Source: an uncultured Zetaproteobacteria bacterium (GTDB lineage: Bacteria; Pseudomonadota; Zetaproteobacteria; Mariprofundales; Mariprofundaceae). From it: a DNA stretch of 64,000 nt. The stretch lies in the NCBI GenBank assembly GCA_964628185.1, contig CAZVLQ010000003.1, forward strand, positions 299 through 64,298, given 5' to 3'. The notes below the pieces were generated by a model that worked only from the letters and a program-made list of their open reading frames with translations, was not told the DNA's origin and ran no database searches. A program made the position numbers and the translations under genes. Shown here one piece after another: positions 54,703 to 64,000 of this stretch (positions within the stretch are counted from its first letter, which is position 1; every line of letters starts with the position of its first letter).

Positions 54703-54950
54703 CCCGCATATTGCATGAAGGCGGACATCTGATGGACAGGATATTACATTATATCAATGGCTTACACAGAGACATGCTACTTTATCCGTGGTTACACCTT
54801 GTCCTATCCGGTTTCAGACCCGATCAGGCCTGGCATCCTGGCCGCTCGGCCTCAAACCATAGCTACGGCTATGCTTTGTCGCCCGATCAACCAGCCTGCC
54901 AGGCCTGCTCAAACCTGAATTCCGAATCCTTCATGCAATATGCGGGCTAG
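54699..54950. mobile_element. MITE-like repeat family A, complete copy 2 (252 bp)
   Basis: Terminal inverted repeats CTAGCCCGCATATTGCATGAAGG / CCTTCATGCAATATGCGGGCTAG. Fills the whole gap between the convergent Smr and rimI genes. Confidence 0.85.
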
Positions 54951-55399
54951 AAATCGAAGCACATCACCAGTGCATCTTCGCGGGAATCTCCGGTGGAGTG
55001 TGGCGTATAATAGGCCTTGCGCCTGTCGCTGACACGAAAGCCGAGGCTGGCGTAAAGCCGCTGTGCCGCTATATTGGAAGCACGCACCTCCAGCCACGCA
55101 TACCGCATGCCTGCCTTGCGTTTTGCTTCCAGCACACGGCGGATCAGGCGGCTTGCCAGGCCCTGCCTGCGCAAATCCGGAACAACCGCCACCTGCATGA
55201 TGTGAACTTCATCCAGCACATCGCGGCCCAGGTAGTAGGCGGCCAGCTTGCCCCCCGCCGTGAACCAGACGTTCAGATCGTAGCCCTGTTTGAGAGCCTC
55301 GGTGAGGGACTGAAACGACCATGACTCGGCGAACGAGGCCAGATTCAGTTCAAATACGGCTTGCAGGTCATCCTGTATGGCAGGACGGATAGCTTCCAC
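54947..55399 (-). CDS. rimI: Ribosomal-protein-alanine N-acetyltransferase (GNAT)
   Basis: 150 aa. GNAT motif A (VAVVPDLRRQGLASRLI) and the ...LEVRASNIAAQRLYASLGF pattern. Confidence 0.85.
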   Translation of the reverse strand: MEAIRPAIQDDLQAVFELNLASFAESWSFQSLTEALKQGYDLNVWFTAGGKLAAYYLGRDVLDEVHIMQVAVVPDLRRQGLASRLIRRVLEAKRKAGMRYAWLEVRASNIAAQRLYASLGFRVSDRRKAYYTPHSTGDSREDALVMCFDF

Positions 55400-55414
55400 G
55401 TCTGCACGGCCTGT

Positions 55415-57682
55415 TTATGCAGCCTCGGAGGTTTCGATCCGCTCACGCCAGCCACATTCTTCCTCGGCGCAGATATGCTCCAGGCCGCGGCGCTTACTCA
55501 GTTTCTCGGTAACGAACGGTGCGCCGCATTGCGGGCAGGGACGAGCCACAGGCTTGTTCCATAACGCATTCTTGCACCGGGGATAGCGCGAGCAGGAATA
55601 AAATACCTTACCCCGGCGCGATTTCTTTTCCAGAAACGTGCCCTTGCCGCACGCGGGACAGGTGATGCCGGTATCCTTCGGCTTCTCCATGGGTTGAATA
55701 TTTCGGCACCCGGGGTAGGCGGAACAGCCGAGAAACTTGCCGTAACGGCCCTGCTTGATCACCATGGGCGCACCACATTTATCACATTTCTGGTCGGATA
55801 TTTCAGGCTCGGGTTGATCCTTGTCTTCCCTGCCGTTAAGCGGCTTTGACACCTTGCATTCAGGATAACCGGTGCAGGCCAGAAATTTTCCGTAGCGGCC
55901 AAACTTGATTACCATGGGCCTGCCGCATTCAGGGCAGGTTTCATCGGTCGGTTCACCGGTCGGCCGGGGCTTGTCCGCGGCCTCATCGACCTTTTTCTTA
56001 AAGGGCGGCCAGAACGTCCGCAACAACTGTTTCCAGTCACATTCACCACGCGCCACGGCATCCAGCCTGTCCTCGATTTCAGCCGTAAAACCGGTATTGA
56101 TGATATCATCAAAGGAATCCGTCAGATATTTGTTGACCCATTCACCCACATCCGTCGGAACGAAGCGTTTTCGTTCCATGCCGACATATTTACGTTCCCG
56201 CAGCACATTCAGAATCGAGGCATAGGTGGAGGGACGGCCGATGCCATGGCTTTCGAGTTCCTTGACCAGGCTGGCCTCGGTGAAACGTGGTTTGGGCTCG
56301 GTAAAATGCTGTTTGGCCGTAGCCTTTGTCACTTCCACGGCGTCACCCGCGGCCAGGGGCGGCAAAAGGCGGTCCGCCTCGTCCCGACCCGGCTCATCCC
56401 TGCCCTCGGTATAAAGCCTGCGAAATCCCGCGAAGGCCAGCGTTGAACCGGTCGCCCGCAGGGTCAGGTCGGTGGATTCAATGTCGGCGCGCACCTGATC
56501 GAGAAGGGCGGGGGCCATCTGGGAAGCCAGCGCCCGCTTCCAGATCAGGGCATACAGCTTCCACATATCCGTGTCCAGCACACGCTTCATGGCCTCTGGC
56601 GTGCGGCCGATGGAGGTCGGACGAACCGCCTCATGCGCTTCCTGGGCGCTCTTGCTTTTGGTCCTGTAGCGCCGCGGGGCGGCGGGAAGATACTTGTCGC
56701 CGAAATGTTGGCCGATGTGCGCGCGCATATCGGCAATGGCCTCTTCGGCCAGCGACACGGAATCGGTACGCATGTAGGTGATCAGGCCAACGGGACCGCC
56801 GCCGACATCCACACCCTCATAAAGCTTCTGTGCGATCTGCATGGTTTTGCGGGCGGTGAATCCCAGCTTGCGGGCGGCCTCCATCTGCAGCGTGGAAGTG
56901 ATAAACGGCGGCGCCGGCTGCTGCTTGACCTGCTTCTTCTGTACGCTGGCAACCCGGAAGGAAGCCTGCCCGACTTGCCGTGCCATGGCTTTGGCGTGAA
57001 CACCGTCGGCAATGGCAAACTTGGCCAGTTTTTTGCCCTTCACGGCATACAGCTGCGCCTGAAACGTTGCGCCGGAGGCTACGCATGCCGTGTCGATCGT
57101 CCAGAATTCCCTGGGCTTGAAATCACGGATGTGCTGTTCACGCTCACAGATCAGGCGCAGGGCGACGGATTGTACGCGTCCGGCTGAAAGCCCGCTGCGA
57201 ATTTTTTTCCACAGTAGCGGCGACAGTGTAAATCCGACCAGGTAATCCAGCGCGCTCCTGGCCTGCTGGGCATTGACCAGTTGCATATCCACCTCGCCCG
57301 CATGGGCCACGGCCTCGTCAATCGCTTTTTTCGTAATCTCGTTGAAGGTGATGCGCTCCACCTTCTTGCCTTCCAGCGCACCGCGCCGGGCAAGCTCTTC
57401 CCGAACATGCCATGCAATCGCCTCGCCCTCACGGTCCAGGTCGCTGGCCAGAATCAGGGTGTCCGCCTTCTTCAGCGCCTTTTCAATCGCATCCAGGCGT
57501 CTCTTCTTGTCCTGGATCACCTCATAGTGAACGGCAAAATCGTGCTCGGGATCAACCGAGCCGTCTTTTTTGGGAAAGGCGCGCACATGACCATAGGAGG
57601 CCAGTACCTTGTGGCCTTTGCCGAGATATTTTTCGATTGTCCTGGCCTTGGCCGGTGATTCCACGACAACAACAGAACTCAT
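55415..57682 (-). CDS. topA: DNA topoisomerase I
   Basis: About 755 aa. Toprim N-terminus VVVESPAKARTIEKYLG, active-site region ITYMRTDS and four C-terminal C4 zinc ribbons. The ORF opens at 57718. Confidence 0.96.
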   Translation of the reverse strand: MSSVVVVESPAKARTIEKYLGKGHKVLASYGHVRAFPKKDGSVDPEHDFAVHYEVIQDKKRRLDAIEKALKKADTLILASDLDREGEAIAWHVREELARRGALEGKKVERITFNEITKKAIDEAVAHAGEVDMQLVNAQQARSALDYLVGFTLSPLLWKKIRSGLSAGRVQSVALRLICEREQHIRDFKPREFWTIDTACVASGATFQAQLYAVKGKKLAKFAIADGVHAKAMARQVGQASFRVASVQKKQVKQQPAPPFITSTLQMEAARKLGFTARKTMQIAQKLYEGVDVGGGPVGLITYMRTDSVSLAEEAIADMRAHIGQHFGDKYLPAAPRRYRTKSKSAQEAHEAVRPTSIGRTPEAMKRVLDTDMWKLYALIWKRALASQMAPALLDQVRADIESTDLTLRATGSTLAFAGFRRLYTEGRDEPGRDEADRLLPPLAAGDAVEVTKATAKQHFTEPKPRFTEASLVKELESHGIGRPSTYASILNVLRERKYVGMERKRFVPTDVGEWVNKYLTDSFDDIINTGFTAEIEDRLDAVARGECDWKQLLRTFWPPFKKKVDEAADKPRPTGEPTDETCPECGRPMVIKFGRYGKFLACTGYPECKVSKPLNGREDKDQPEPEISDQKCDKCGAPMVIKQGRYGKFLGCSAYPGCRNIQPMEKPKDTGITCPACGKGTFLEKKSRRGKVFYSCSRYPRCKNALWNKPVARPCPQCGAPFVTEKLSKRRGLEHICAEEECGWRERIETSEAA

Positions 57683-57796
57683 GTATCGGCACCTCTTCAA
57701 TGGTGTTCGTCGGAACAAGCGCCAAACGCAAATGTTCCATGCAGCCCTTGCCGGAGAAACGGAACCGCGGCCTTGTATCCACCGGGTTTGCGCCGG

Positions 57797-58936
57797 TCAG
57801 GAGCTGCCGTTCCCCAGCGTATAGCGGCTGCCTGACAGGCGTTCAACCACCCCGAGCAATTCAAGGCCGAGCAAGATGGGGGAAAGTTCGGGTACGGTCA
57901 AGCCACAGTTTTCAGCCAGTGCGTCCATATGCAGGATATTCCGCCTCAGCGCCTCCATGATCCTTGCCTCGTGCGCATCGGCCGGCGTATAGGCGGCTCC
58001 CCGCTTTGTCCCGGCGCTCGTCTGCCAGCCCAGAACGCGCAGCACATCCCCGGTCGATTCGGCCAGTGTCGCACCATCACGGATGAGTTGATGGCAACCG
58101 GCGTGATCGCCGGCCAGTACCGAACCGGGAACGGCGAGAACCTCGCGCCCGTAATCGGCGGTCTGCCGCGCCGTAATGAGAGAACCGGACCTGACACCCG
58201 CCTCCACGACCAGCGTGGCCGCGGCCAGGCCTGCGATGATACGATTGCGGCGGGGGAAATTCCCCGGACGGGGCTCCTCTTCCGGTAAAAACTCGCTGAT
58301 AACGCAACCATGGGCCGCAATTGCCTTTGCCTGGCGCTGCTGCTCCGGCGTTAGTGAGAAACCAAGCCCGCAACCCAGCACGGCGATGGTCGGCGCGTCC
58401 GCCTCCAACGCGCCATGATGCGCCGCGGCATCTATACCGTAGGCCATGCCGCTGACAATACCGATGCCGCGGCCGGAAAAGGAGCGGCACCAGCGCCGGG
58501 CCAGAAGGCGCCCTTCCCGGCTGGCGCGGCGCGAACCCACGACAGCCAGCAGCCTGGGGTATTGCAGGGCGGCAACGTCACCTTTAACGAACAGGACAAG
58601 CGGCGCATCATCCAGGCTCAGCAACGGCGCCGGATATTGCGCGTCATCCGGACAAAGCATCTGAATGCCTGAATTTTCACATTGCCGGAGAATATCCAGG
58701 GCATGATCCGGCCGGGTATGTGCAAGCGCCTGTATCAGCTTTGTTCCAATACCCGCAAAGCCCGCCCATTCGGCTGGACTTTTACGCCACAGGGACTCGA
58801 CGGAACCGCAGGCCGCTACCAGCTGGCGGCCGAGACGGGGCCCGATGCCACGCACCAGGCTGAGCCGGAGCCAGGCCGCCGCGGCTTCACTGGCGCCCGG
58901 ACCCGCGTCAGTATCCGGCCGGGCTGCGGACGGCAT
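57797..58936 (-). CDS. dprA: DNA-processing protein DprA (Smf)
   Basis: 379 aa. Rossmann-like core SGMAYGIDAAAHHGAL and C-terminal winged helix. Confidence 0.9.
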   Translation of the reverse strand: MPSAARPDTDAGPGASEAAAAWLRLSLVRGIGPRLGRQLVAACGSVESLWRKSPAEWAGFAGIGTKLIQALAHTRPDHALDILRQCENSGIQMLCPDDAQYPAPLLSLDDAPLVLFVKGDVAALQYPRLLAVVGSRRASREGRLLARRWCRSFSGRGIGIVSGMAYGIDAAAHHGALEADAPTIAVLGCGLGFSLTPEQQRQAKAIAAHGCVISEFLPEEEPRPGNFPRRNRIIAGLAAATLVVEAGVRSGSLITARQTADYGREVLAVPGSVLAGDHAGCHQLIRDGATLAESTGDVLRVLGWQTSAGTKRGAAYTPADAHEARIMEALRRNILHMDALAENCGLTVPELSPILLGLELLGVVERLSGSRYTLGNGSS

Positions 58937-59978
58937 CTCCCAGATTAATTGCCCGGGTGGAATTAATTACCAGCGCGATGGATGCATCCTGTTGCGGAGC
59001 CAGCACCATCACCTCGCCGATTTTTTCATCCGGCAACAAAACCGCTTTTTTGCTGGCATCGTCATACATGATACGACCAGCCTTGTACACCGGAAGCATG
59101 CTGCCGGCCTTCATGCCGTCCTTCAGGCCCAGATTGATGCCGACGATCTGATTCTGACCGGCTTCAGCGGCATTATCGCGGATATACAATACCTGGCCCC
59201 GGACTGCCCGGGCCGGGTGTTCCGGAACAATCCGCGCATGAATGGCACGCGCGGGCTTCAGATAATCACCACGCGAAATCTCTTCAAAGGAACGAACAAT
59301 CCTGCCACGGGCAATTTCACCGCCCGCCGAAATCACTTCGATCTGGCCCAGATGCTGAATCAGCACACCAAGCACTTTGCCGGTCCCCGGTTTACGAACC
59401 GGATCACCGGTTCGGAATACATCGAAGCGGTCCCCCCGCGCCACCGGCTGGCTGAATCTTAGATAGACCATATCATTCAGGCCATAATTGATACGCTCAT
59501 CCGGGGAAGCAAGCACGCGGCCCGTACCCTGTACGGCTTCGGGGGCGATAAAGTCCTGACGCCTCAGCGCGGTAACCAGGATGCGGGGATCAACGGCAGG
59601 CTCCAGCCGCTCCACCGGCTTGATATGCACGGCGGGACGGGGCCGGATGACCGTCAGACCACCACCGGTTTTCGCGTACGGATCAAGCCAGATTTTCCGG
59701 CCCGGATAAATCAGGTCCGGATTACTGATGCTGCTGTTTCGCTCCCATATTTTCAGCCATTTTTCCGGATCTCTGAAAAAATGCCTGGCGATGTCCCAAA
59801 GCGTATCGCCCTTTCTGACAATATATGGCCGGGATATATCCGGGCGAACGTCGGGGACCGCCGCAGGGACTGATTCACCCGCCCGTACCGATGGTATAAA
59901 CCCGAATATGAAAAGGGACAGGGCAAGGACACAAGTCAGCCATGCCGGAAAAACAGCCAGGTTGTACTGATGCTTCAT
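58908..59978 (-). CDS. LysM peptidoglycan-binding domain protein
   Basis: Signal/TM N-terminus and a LysM motif YIVRKGDTLWDIARHFF...IYPGRKIWL. ATG at 59978; the ORF opens at 60119. Confidence 0.85.
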   Translation of the reverse strand: MKHQYNLAVFPAWLTCVLALSLFIFGFIPSVRAGESVPAAVPDVRPDISRPYIVRKGDTLWDIARHFFRDPEKWLKIWERNSSISNPDLIYPGRKIWLDPYAKTGGGLTVIRPRPAVHIKPVERLEPAVDPRILVTALRRQDFIAPEAVQGTGRVLASPDERINYGLNDMVYLRFSQPVARGDRFDVFRTGDPVRKPGTGKVLGVLIQHLGQIEVISAGGEIARGRIVRSFEEISRGDYLKPARAIHARIVPEHPARAVRGQVLYIRDNAAEAGQNQIVGINLGLKDGMKAGSMLPVYKAGRIMYDDASKKAVLLPDEKIGEVMVLAPQQDASIALVINSTRAINLGDAVRSPAGY

Positions 59979-60030
59979 ATGAACCAGAGCCCTCCATCTA
60001 AACGGGAAATCATCGCGCCGGAATCCGGAT

Positions 60031-60657
60031 TTACAAGGAATTTTTTGACCCCGATGAATATCCGTTCTTGTCACCAACCTGGTCCTCCGTACCCGACAGC
60101 ATGCGACGGATATTGCCATGATGCCGCATCAGCATCAGCAGGCAAAACAGAAGCGATGCGCTCATACAGGCGCCCGAGGCATGCAGAAGCCAGGCGGACA
60201 GGGGCAGACTGAATCCAGCCAGGATCGAGGACAGGGCGACATAGCGCCATATTCCCAGGGCCAGCAACCAGACGGAAAATGCAATGACCGCCATCCACGG
60301 CTGCCACGGGAGTAGTACGCCAAACATGGTGGCGACTCCCTTGCCGCCCCTGAAGCGGAGATAAACCGGAAAAACATGTCCGAGAAAGGCGGCAACCGCC
60401 GTAAATCCGATAAGTGTTTCACCGGCTGCGTGATAAATACCCCAGGCCACCGGCAACGCCCCTTTTCCAATATCCGCGACCAGCGTAAGCAGTCCGATGG
60501 CCCTGCCGCCGGTGCGCAGAACATTCGTGGCGCCGATATTACCGCTGCCGTGTTGCCTCGGGTCCCGGCCCCTCAGCCAGCGGGTAAACAGCAGGCCGAA
60601 CGGAATGGCGCCAAACAGATAGGCGGCGGTGACCAGGACAAACGCACCCGGGTTCAA
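60031..60657 (-). CDS. plsY: Glycerol-3-phosphate acyltransferase PlsY
   Basis: 208 aa. Motifs YLFGAIPFG, GSGNIGATNVLR and GGKGVAT. Confidence 0.93.
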   Translation of the reverse strand: MNPGAFVLVTAAYLFGAIPFGLLFTRWLRGRDPRQHGSGNIGATNVLRTGGRAIGLLTLVADIGKGALPVAWGIYHAAGETLIGFTAVAAFLGHVFPVYLRFRGGKGVATMFGVLLPWQPWMAVIAFSVWLLALGIWRYVALSSILAGFSLPLSAWLLHASGACMSASLLFCLLMLMRHHGNIRRMLSGTEDQVGDKNGYSSGSKNSL

Positions 60658-61616
60658 TCCGGTTTCCAGCGCGATTGCCAGTAACGTCTGCGGTCGCTGT
60701 TCAGGCGGCGCTGCAGTTTACCGGCGCGACTGCCGGGCAGATACGTCGGCAGGATATCTTCAAGGGCCGCAGGCTGGCCGAATTCCGGAGGAAATGCCAC
60801 GCCCTGCACTACATTATCATGCTGCAAAAGCAGCAACTGATCCGGCGTCAGCGGCGGCACGGGAAGAAACTGCAGGGACATGGCCATGATGCGGGCAACA
60901 AGCCGGGGAACGGGGATAAGAAGGCGTCGACGGCCCAGCATACGCAACATGATCGTGAGCAATTCACGAAAACTGAAGACGCCGGGTCCGCCGAGTTCAT
61001 AAATTTTCTCCTGAACATGCCGGTTGCCAAGCGAAAGGACAAAGGCGCGCGCCACATCCTCCACCCAGACAGGCTGAAATCGTGCGTCCCCCTCAATAAC
61101 CGGCATAAACGGTATGCCCGCGCTGAGTTGTCTGAATTTGTTAAAGAAAGAATCCCCGGCACCGTAAATGATGGACGGACGGAATATGGTCCAGCACAGA
61201 GCGGACTGCCGCACCCGTTCTTCCGCCACGGCCTTGGTGCGTGCATAGGTGCTTGGAGATTGCGCACCCACGCCCAGCGCGCTCATATGCAGATACTGTT
61301 TGATACCGGCCTGCGCACAGGCCGCCAGCACATGTTCGGTGCCATGAACATGCACGGACTCAAAAGTATAGCGCCCCTTCTCATACAACAGCCCCACCAG
61401 GTTGACTACGCAATCCGCATTGGCAATCGCCTCGTCAAGATTCCGCCCGGCCGCAATATCAGCCCGGACAAGGTGGGCGCCTTCAACCAGCAGATCACGC
61501 GCACGTTCGGGATGCCGACAGGCAATCGTCACACTGTAGCCCTGTTCAATGGCTTTGTGTGTAATGGCCCGGCCTACAAAACCGCTGCCGCCAAAAATAC
61601 ATATGTGCTTGCCCAT
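60654..61616 (-). CDS. NAD(P)-binding atypical SDR, complex I NDUFA9-like / NmrA-like family
   Basis: N-terminal IFGGSGFVGRAI Rossmann motif, about 320 aa from the ATG at 61616. The ORF-track N-terminal extension to 61997 is not accepted. Confidence 0.8.
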   Translation of the reverse strand: MGKHICIFGGSGFVGRAITHKAIEQGYSVTIACRHPERARDLLVEGAHLVRADIAAGRNLDEAIANADCVVNLVGLLYEKGRYTFESVHVHGTEHVLAACAQAGIKQYLHMSALGVGAQSPSTYARTKAVAEERVRQSALCWTIFRPSIIYGAGDSFFNKFRQLSAGIPFMPVIEGDARFQPVWVEDVARAFVLSLGNRHVQEKIYELGGPGVFSFRELLTIMLRMLGRRRLLIPVPRLVARIMAMSLQFLPVPPLTPDQLLLLQHDNVVQGVAFPPEFGQPAALEDILPTYLPGSRAGKLQRRLNSDRRRYWQSRWKPD

Positions 61617-62020
61617 GCCGCCCTCCTGCTGATGCGCTGTCGCGCCCTGCCCGTCTCGAGGGCCTCGAGAGTGCGGACCGGCCACCCGGCACCTCGCCGT
61701 GTATGGCTTTATTTGTGTTGTTGTTAGTAACAGTAAAGAAAAAAGACCCACAGTGCAAAAAATCCGGCCCGGCATTGCCTGACACCCGCAAGTGCGGTAT
61801 CGAAAGCAGGCAGCCACGGGACTTGTTCTAAGCATCCCCAGCCTGCATGATTCATGAATCGCCGTGTCAATTGCCTGTCTGCGTGCGCACGTACGCAGGC
61901 CGGCGCCGGGCATGCAGCGGAAAAGCCAGGGTGCCCGAATGGTATGCCCGTTTGCCGTTTCCGCGTAGAAACGGCTGTATTCGGGGCTGCATATCAAAGG
62001 CGGGTTGGGAGGAAAATACG

Positions 62021-63088
62021 TTGCGTTACTTTAATCTGGATCAAATTGTGGCCGGTGCGCGCAGCGCCCTGAAACCGGCACTGCTTATTACCATGGCCAT
62101 CACTATTGTTGTGGCAATTGTGATTTACGGAATTTTCAGCATGGGTGGCGGCACCCCGGGCGCGGGTGCTATTTTTCTACGTTTTATCGGTGGTGTGGGT
62201 TGCCTGTTGTGGAGCCTGTTCGGACTGACCGCACTGGCCCGCCAGGTGCATCTGGACCTGCAGGGGCAGCCCGTTCCGGGCGTCAGGCAGGCCATGTGTT
62301 TCGCATGGTCCCGCATCAAGCCGTTGCTCCTGCTGCCGGCATGGGCCACAGGCGGTTTGCTGGCCCTGCTACTGGCCGAACTGTTTATCCTTGTTCTGGC
62401 CAGAATTCCGGGGCTGGGTCTGATCTGGCTGGCCCTGGCCGGTGTACCGTTGTTGCTACTTAACACCGTTGTGGCCATGGCCCTGCTGCTGGCGCTGTTC
62501 AATATCGCCGCCCGCGTCGCCATTTCGGAAGCAGATCCAACCGCGTTGCGTGACGTTCTGTGGCGCCTGCTGCGCCAGCGTCTGCCTGAGCTGCTGATTT
62601 ACAATCTGGGAGGCGTGCTGGCAACAGCGCTGGTTGCCGCTCTGGTGCTTTCTCCCCTTTGGCTGGGGCTTCAGGTCACATGGGGCCTGGCCCATATCGT
62701 GGCCGGCCCGCAAGTGACCGCGCTGGAAGCGGCGTCCGGCTTCTGGGGCGGCCTGGCACATCTTGTCGCCCTGATTATTTTTGGCGCTCTACTGGCCGCC
62801 ATCGCCAGCGTGCCCGGCATTGTCATAACACACATGACCTTGCTGGTGCATCTGGAACTGGATGAACCCAGCCCTGCCCGGGCGGGCGCCGGCAAGAAGA
62901 CGCCCGCCACCCGCAAACCACGTGCTTCCGCCCGACCCGCCACCCGCAAGGCACGTTCCGCCACTGCCGACAAGGCCGCCGGAACCCGGCCCGGGCGGAG
63001 AAAAACGGCTACCGGCGCCAAAAAAACTACCGGCTCGAAAACGGTAACACCCACCCCCGATCCATCTGACACCGACGACTCGTCTTGA
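62021..63088 (+). CDS. Polytopic membrane protein with Ala/Lys/Arg/Thr-rich basic C-terminal tail (hypothetical)
   Basis: TTG start 8 nt after GGGAGG. About six predicted TM helices, then a ...KKTPATRKPRASARPATRKARSATADKAAGTRPGRRKTATGAKKTTGSK... tail. Confidence 0.6.
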   Translation: MRYFNLDQIVAGARSALKPALLITMAITIVVAIVIYGIFSMGGGTPGAGAIFLRFIGGVGCLLWSLFGLTALARQVHLDLQGQPVPGVRQAMCFAWSRIKPLLLLPAWATGGLLALLLAELFILVLARIPGLGLIWLALAGVPLLLLNTVVAMALLLALFNIAARVAISEADPTALRDVLWRLLRQRLPELLIYNLGGVLATALVAALVLSPLWLGLQVTWGLAHIVAGPQVTALEAASGFWGGLAHLVALIIFGALLAAIASVPGIVITHMTLLVHLELDEPSPARAGAGKKTPATRKPRASARPATRKARSATADKAAGTRPGRRKTATGAKKTTGSKTVTPTPDPSDTDDSS

Positions 63089-64000
63089 CCGAAAGCCGAC
63101 ACAGGGCGCCCAGTCTGACCGCGGCCTTTTTCGATACGGCCAGGGCGTATCCCTCCCGTCCCGCCCAGTGGCGGCGATGCGCGCAGGGTTATGCGCCAAT
63201 CAGTTATGCGCAGTTGGAATCCCGTATTTACCGGGTTGCCACGGGCCTGATTCAAAAGGGTATCCGGCCGGGCGATCGCGTGGCCCTGCTGATGGAAAAC
63301 ATCCCAGAATGGGCGGTTGTGGACTACGCTATTCTGAGCATCGGAGCGGTAACGGTGCCCCTGTACTGCACCTACCGTGCGCAGGATATCGCTTATGTAC
63401 TGGAGGATGCCGGTGTCCGCCTTGCCATCACGTCGGGCGGTAAAACCGCCTCACATCTGTTGCAGGCGGCGGAATCCTGTCCGGCCCTGGAAACGATCCA
63501 CGTGATGGATGCGTCCCTGGCCGACGGCAACAGGCGGCGCGCCTTCGCGGAACTGGAATCCTGCCAGGCGGACATGCAGGCGATTGCAGCACGCCTGCAG
63601 GATGTGGGGCGCGGAACCCTGGCAACACTGATCTACACGTCCGGCACAACCGGCGATCCCAAAGGGGTCATGCTCACCCACGGCAATATCCTGGCTAATC
63701 TGGAGGCGGTTCCGGATATCCTTACATTCGGCCCCGACGACAGGATGCTTTCCTTTCTTCCACTGGCGCACAGCCTGGAGCGCATGGCGGGCCATTTCCT
63801 GCCCTATACCTTCGGCATTTCCGTGGCCTTCGCCGAACGGCCGGATACTGTGGCCAGGAATCTGCTCGAGGCCAGACCCACCGTCCTGATTGCCGTGCCC
63901 CGCCTTCTGGAGGTGATCCGCGGTCGCATCCTGGGTCAGGTCACCCGTCAACCGGCGTTCAGGCAGAGTATGTTTTATACCCTGATCAAACAAGGCCACG
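63085..64000 (+). CDS. Long-chain-fatty-acid--CoA ligase (AMP-binding enzyme), 5' part, runs off window
   Basis: Not in the ORF track because it has no stop. The frame contains ...RVALLMENIPEWAVVDYAILSIGAVTVPLY... and the AMP-binding motif LIYTSGTTGDPKGVMLTHGNI. The TTG at 63085 overlaps the upstream stop (TTGA). Confidence 0.8.
   Translation, partial: MTESRHRAPSLTAAFFDTARAYPSRPAQWRRCAQGYAPISYAQLESRIYRVATGLIQKGIRPGDRVALLMENIPEWAVVDYAILSIGAVTVPLYCTYRAQDIAYVLEDAGVRLAITSGGKTASHLLQAAESCPALETIHVMDASLADGNRRRAFAELESCQADMQAIAARLQDVGRGTLATLIYTSGTTGDPKGVMLTHGNILANLEAVPDILTFGPDDRMLSFLPLAHSLERMAGHFLPYTFGISVAFAERPDTVARNLLEARPTVLIAVPRLLEVIRGRILGQVTRQPAFRQSMFYTLIKQGH

Noticed and set aside
61954-61975. Hairpin GCCGTTTC-CGCGTA-GAAACGGC sharing its CCGTTTC/GAAACGG core with the ubiJ palindromic element
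   Set aside because: The shared core is only 7 nt and the flanks are unrelated. This is insufficient to claim a repeat family. It may be a simple regulatory hairpin 46 nt upstream of the TTG start at 62021.
60654-61997. 447-aa version of the SDR/NDUFA9-like ORF
   Set aside because: The Rossmann motif GGSGFVG must be near the N-terminus. The upstream 127 codons are Arg/Cys-rich with no homology pattern. The ATG at 61616 was chosen.
63451-63999. 182-aa minus-strand ORF at the right edge
   Set aside because: It is antisense to the AMP-binding ligase frame, which carries the unmistakable LIYTSGTTGDPKGV motif.

Overview
64-kb, visibly GC-rich (roughly 60% by eye, not computed) proteobacterial chromosomal segment. 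Gene content and order (ubiE-ubiJ-ubiB, split nrdJa/nrdJb, ribF, dapD, pyrR-pyrB-pyrC, acs, gltX, Rrf2-sufBCDS-sufU-sufT, smc, glyQS, miaB-ybeZ-ybeY-corC-lnt-gpsA, rimI, topA, dprA, plsY) point to a ubiquinone-using Gamma/Betaproteobacterium. The species cannot be named from sequence alone. I call about 62 CDS (one runs off the right edge) and one tRNA-Arg(CCG). I see no rRNA, CRISPR, transposase, integrase or phage genes. The backbone is ordinary housekeeping. The unusual part is the amount of small selfish or repetitive DNA embedded in it: (i) a 440-aa LAGLIDADG intein inside nrdJa. (ii) Three families of ~170-280-bp MITE-like inverted-repeat elements (8 copies or fragments). Two families end in CTAG that coincides exactly with the TAG stop codons of four flanking genes. 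A copy of the third family rewrites the 3' end of a fetB-like gene. (iii) A palindromic element with 28-bp arms, translated as the C-terminal tail of UbiJ. (iv) A 19-unit heptanucleotide (STRR-like) array between ubiE and nrdJ. (v) Two type II toxin-antitoxin modules (higBA, phd/relE-like) wedged into core gene strings. Two candidates for under-described biology: a five-gene ECF-sigma cluster headed by a secreted His/Arg/Asp-rich protein with 11-residue repeats, and an ino1 + cytidylyltransferase pair with no adjacent CDP-alcohol transferase. I did not find a convincing novel multi-gene defence or secretion system. All functional calls come from motif recognition by eye; no database search was possible.
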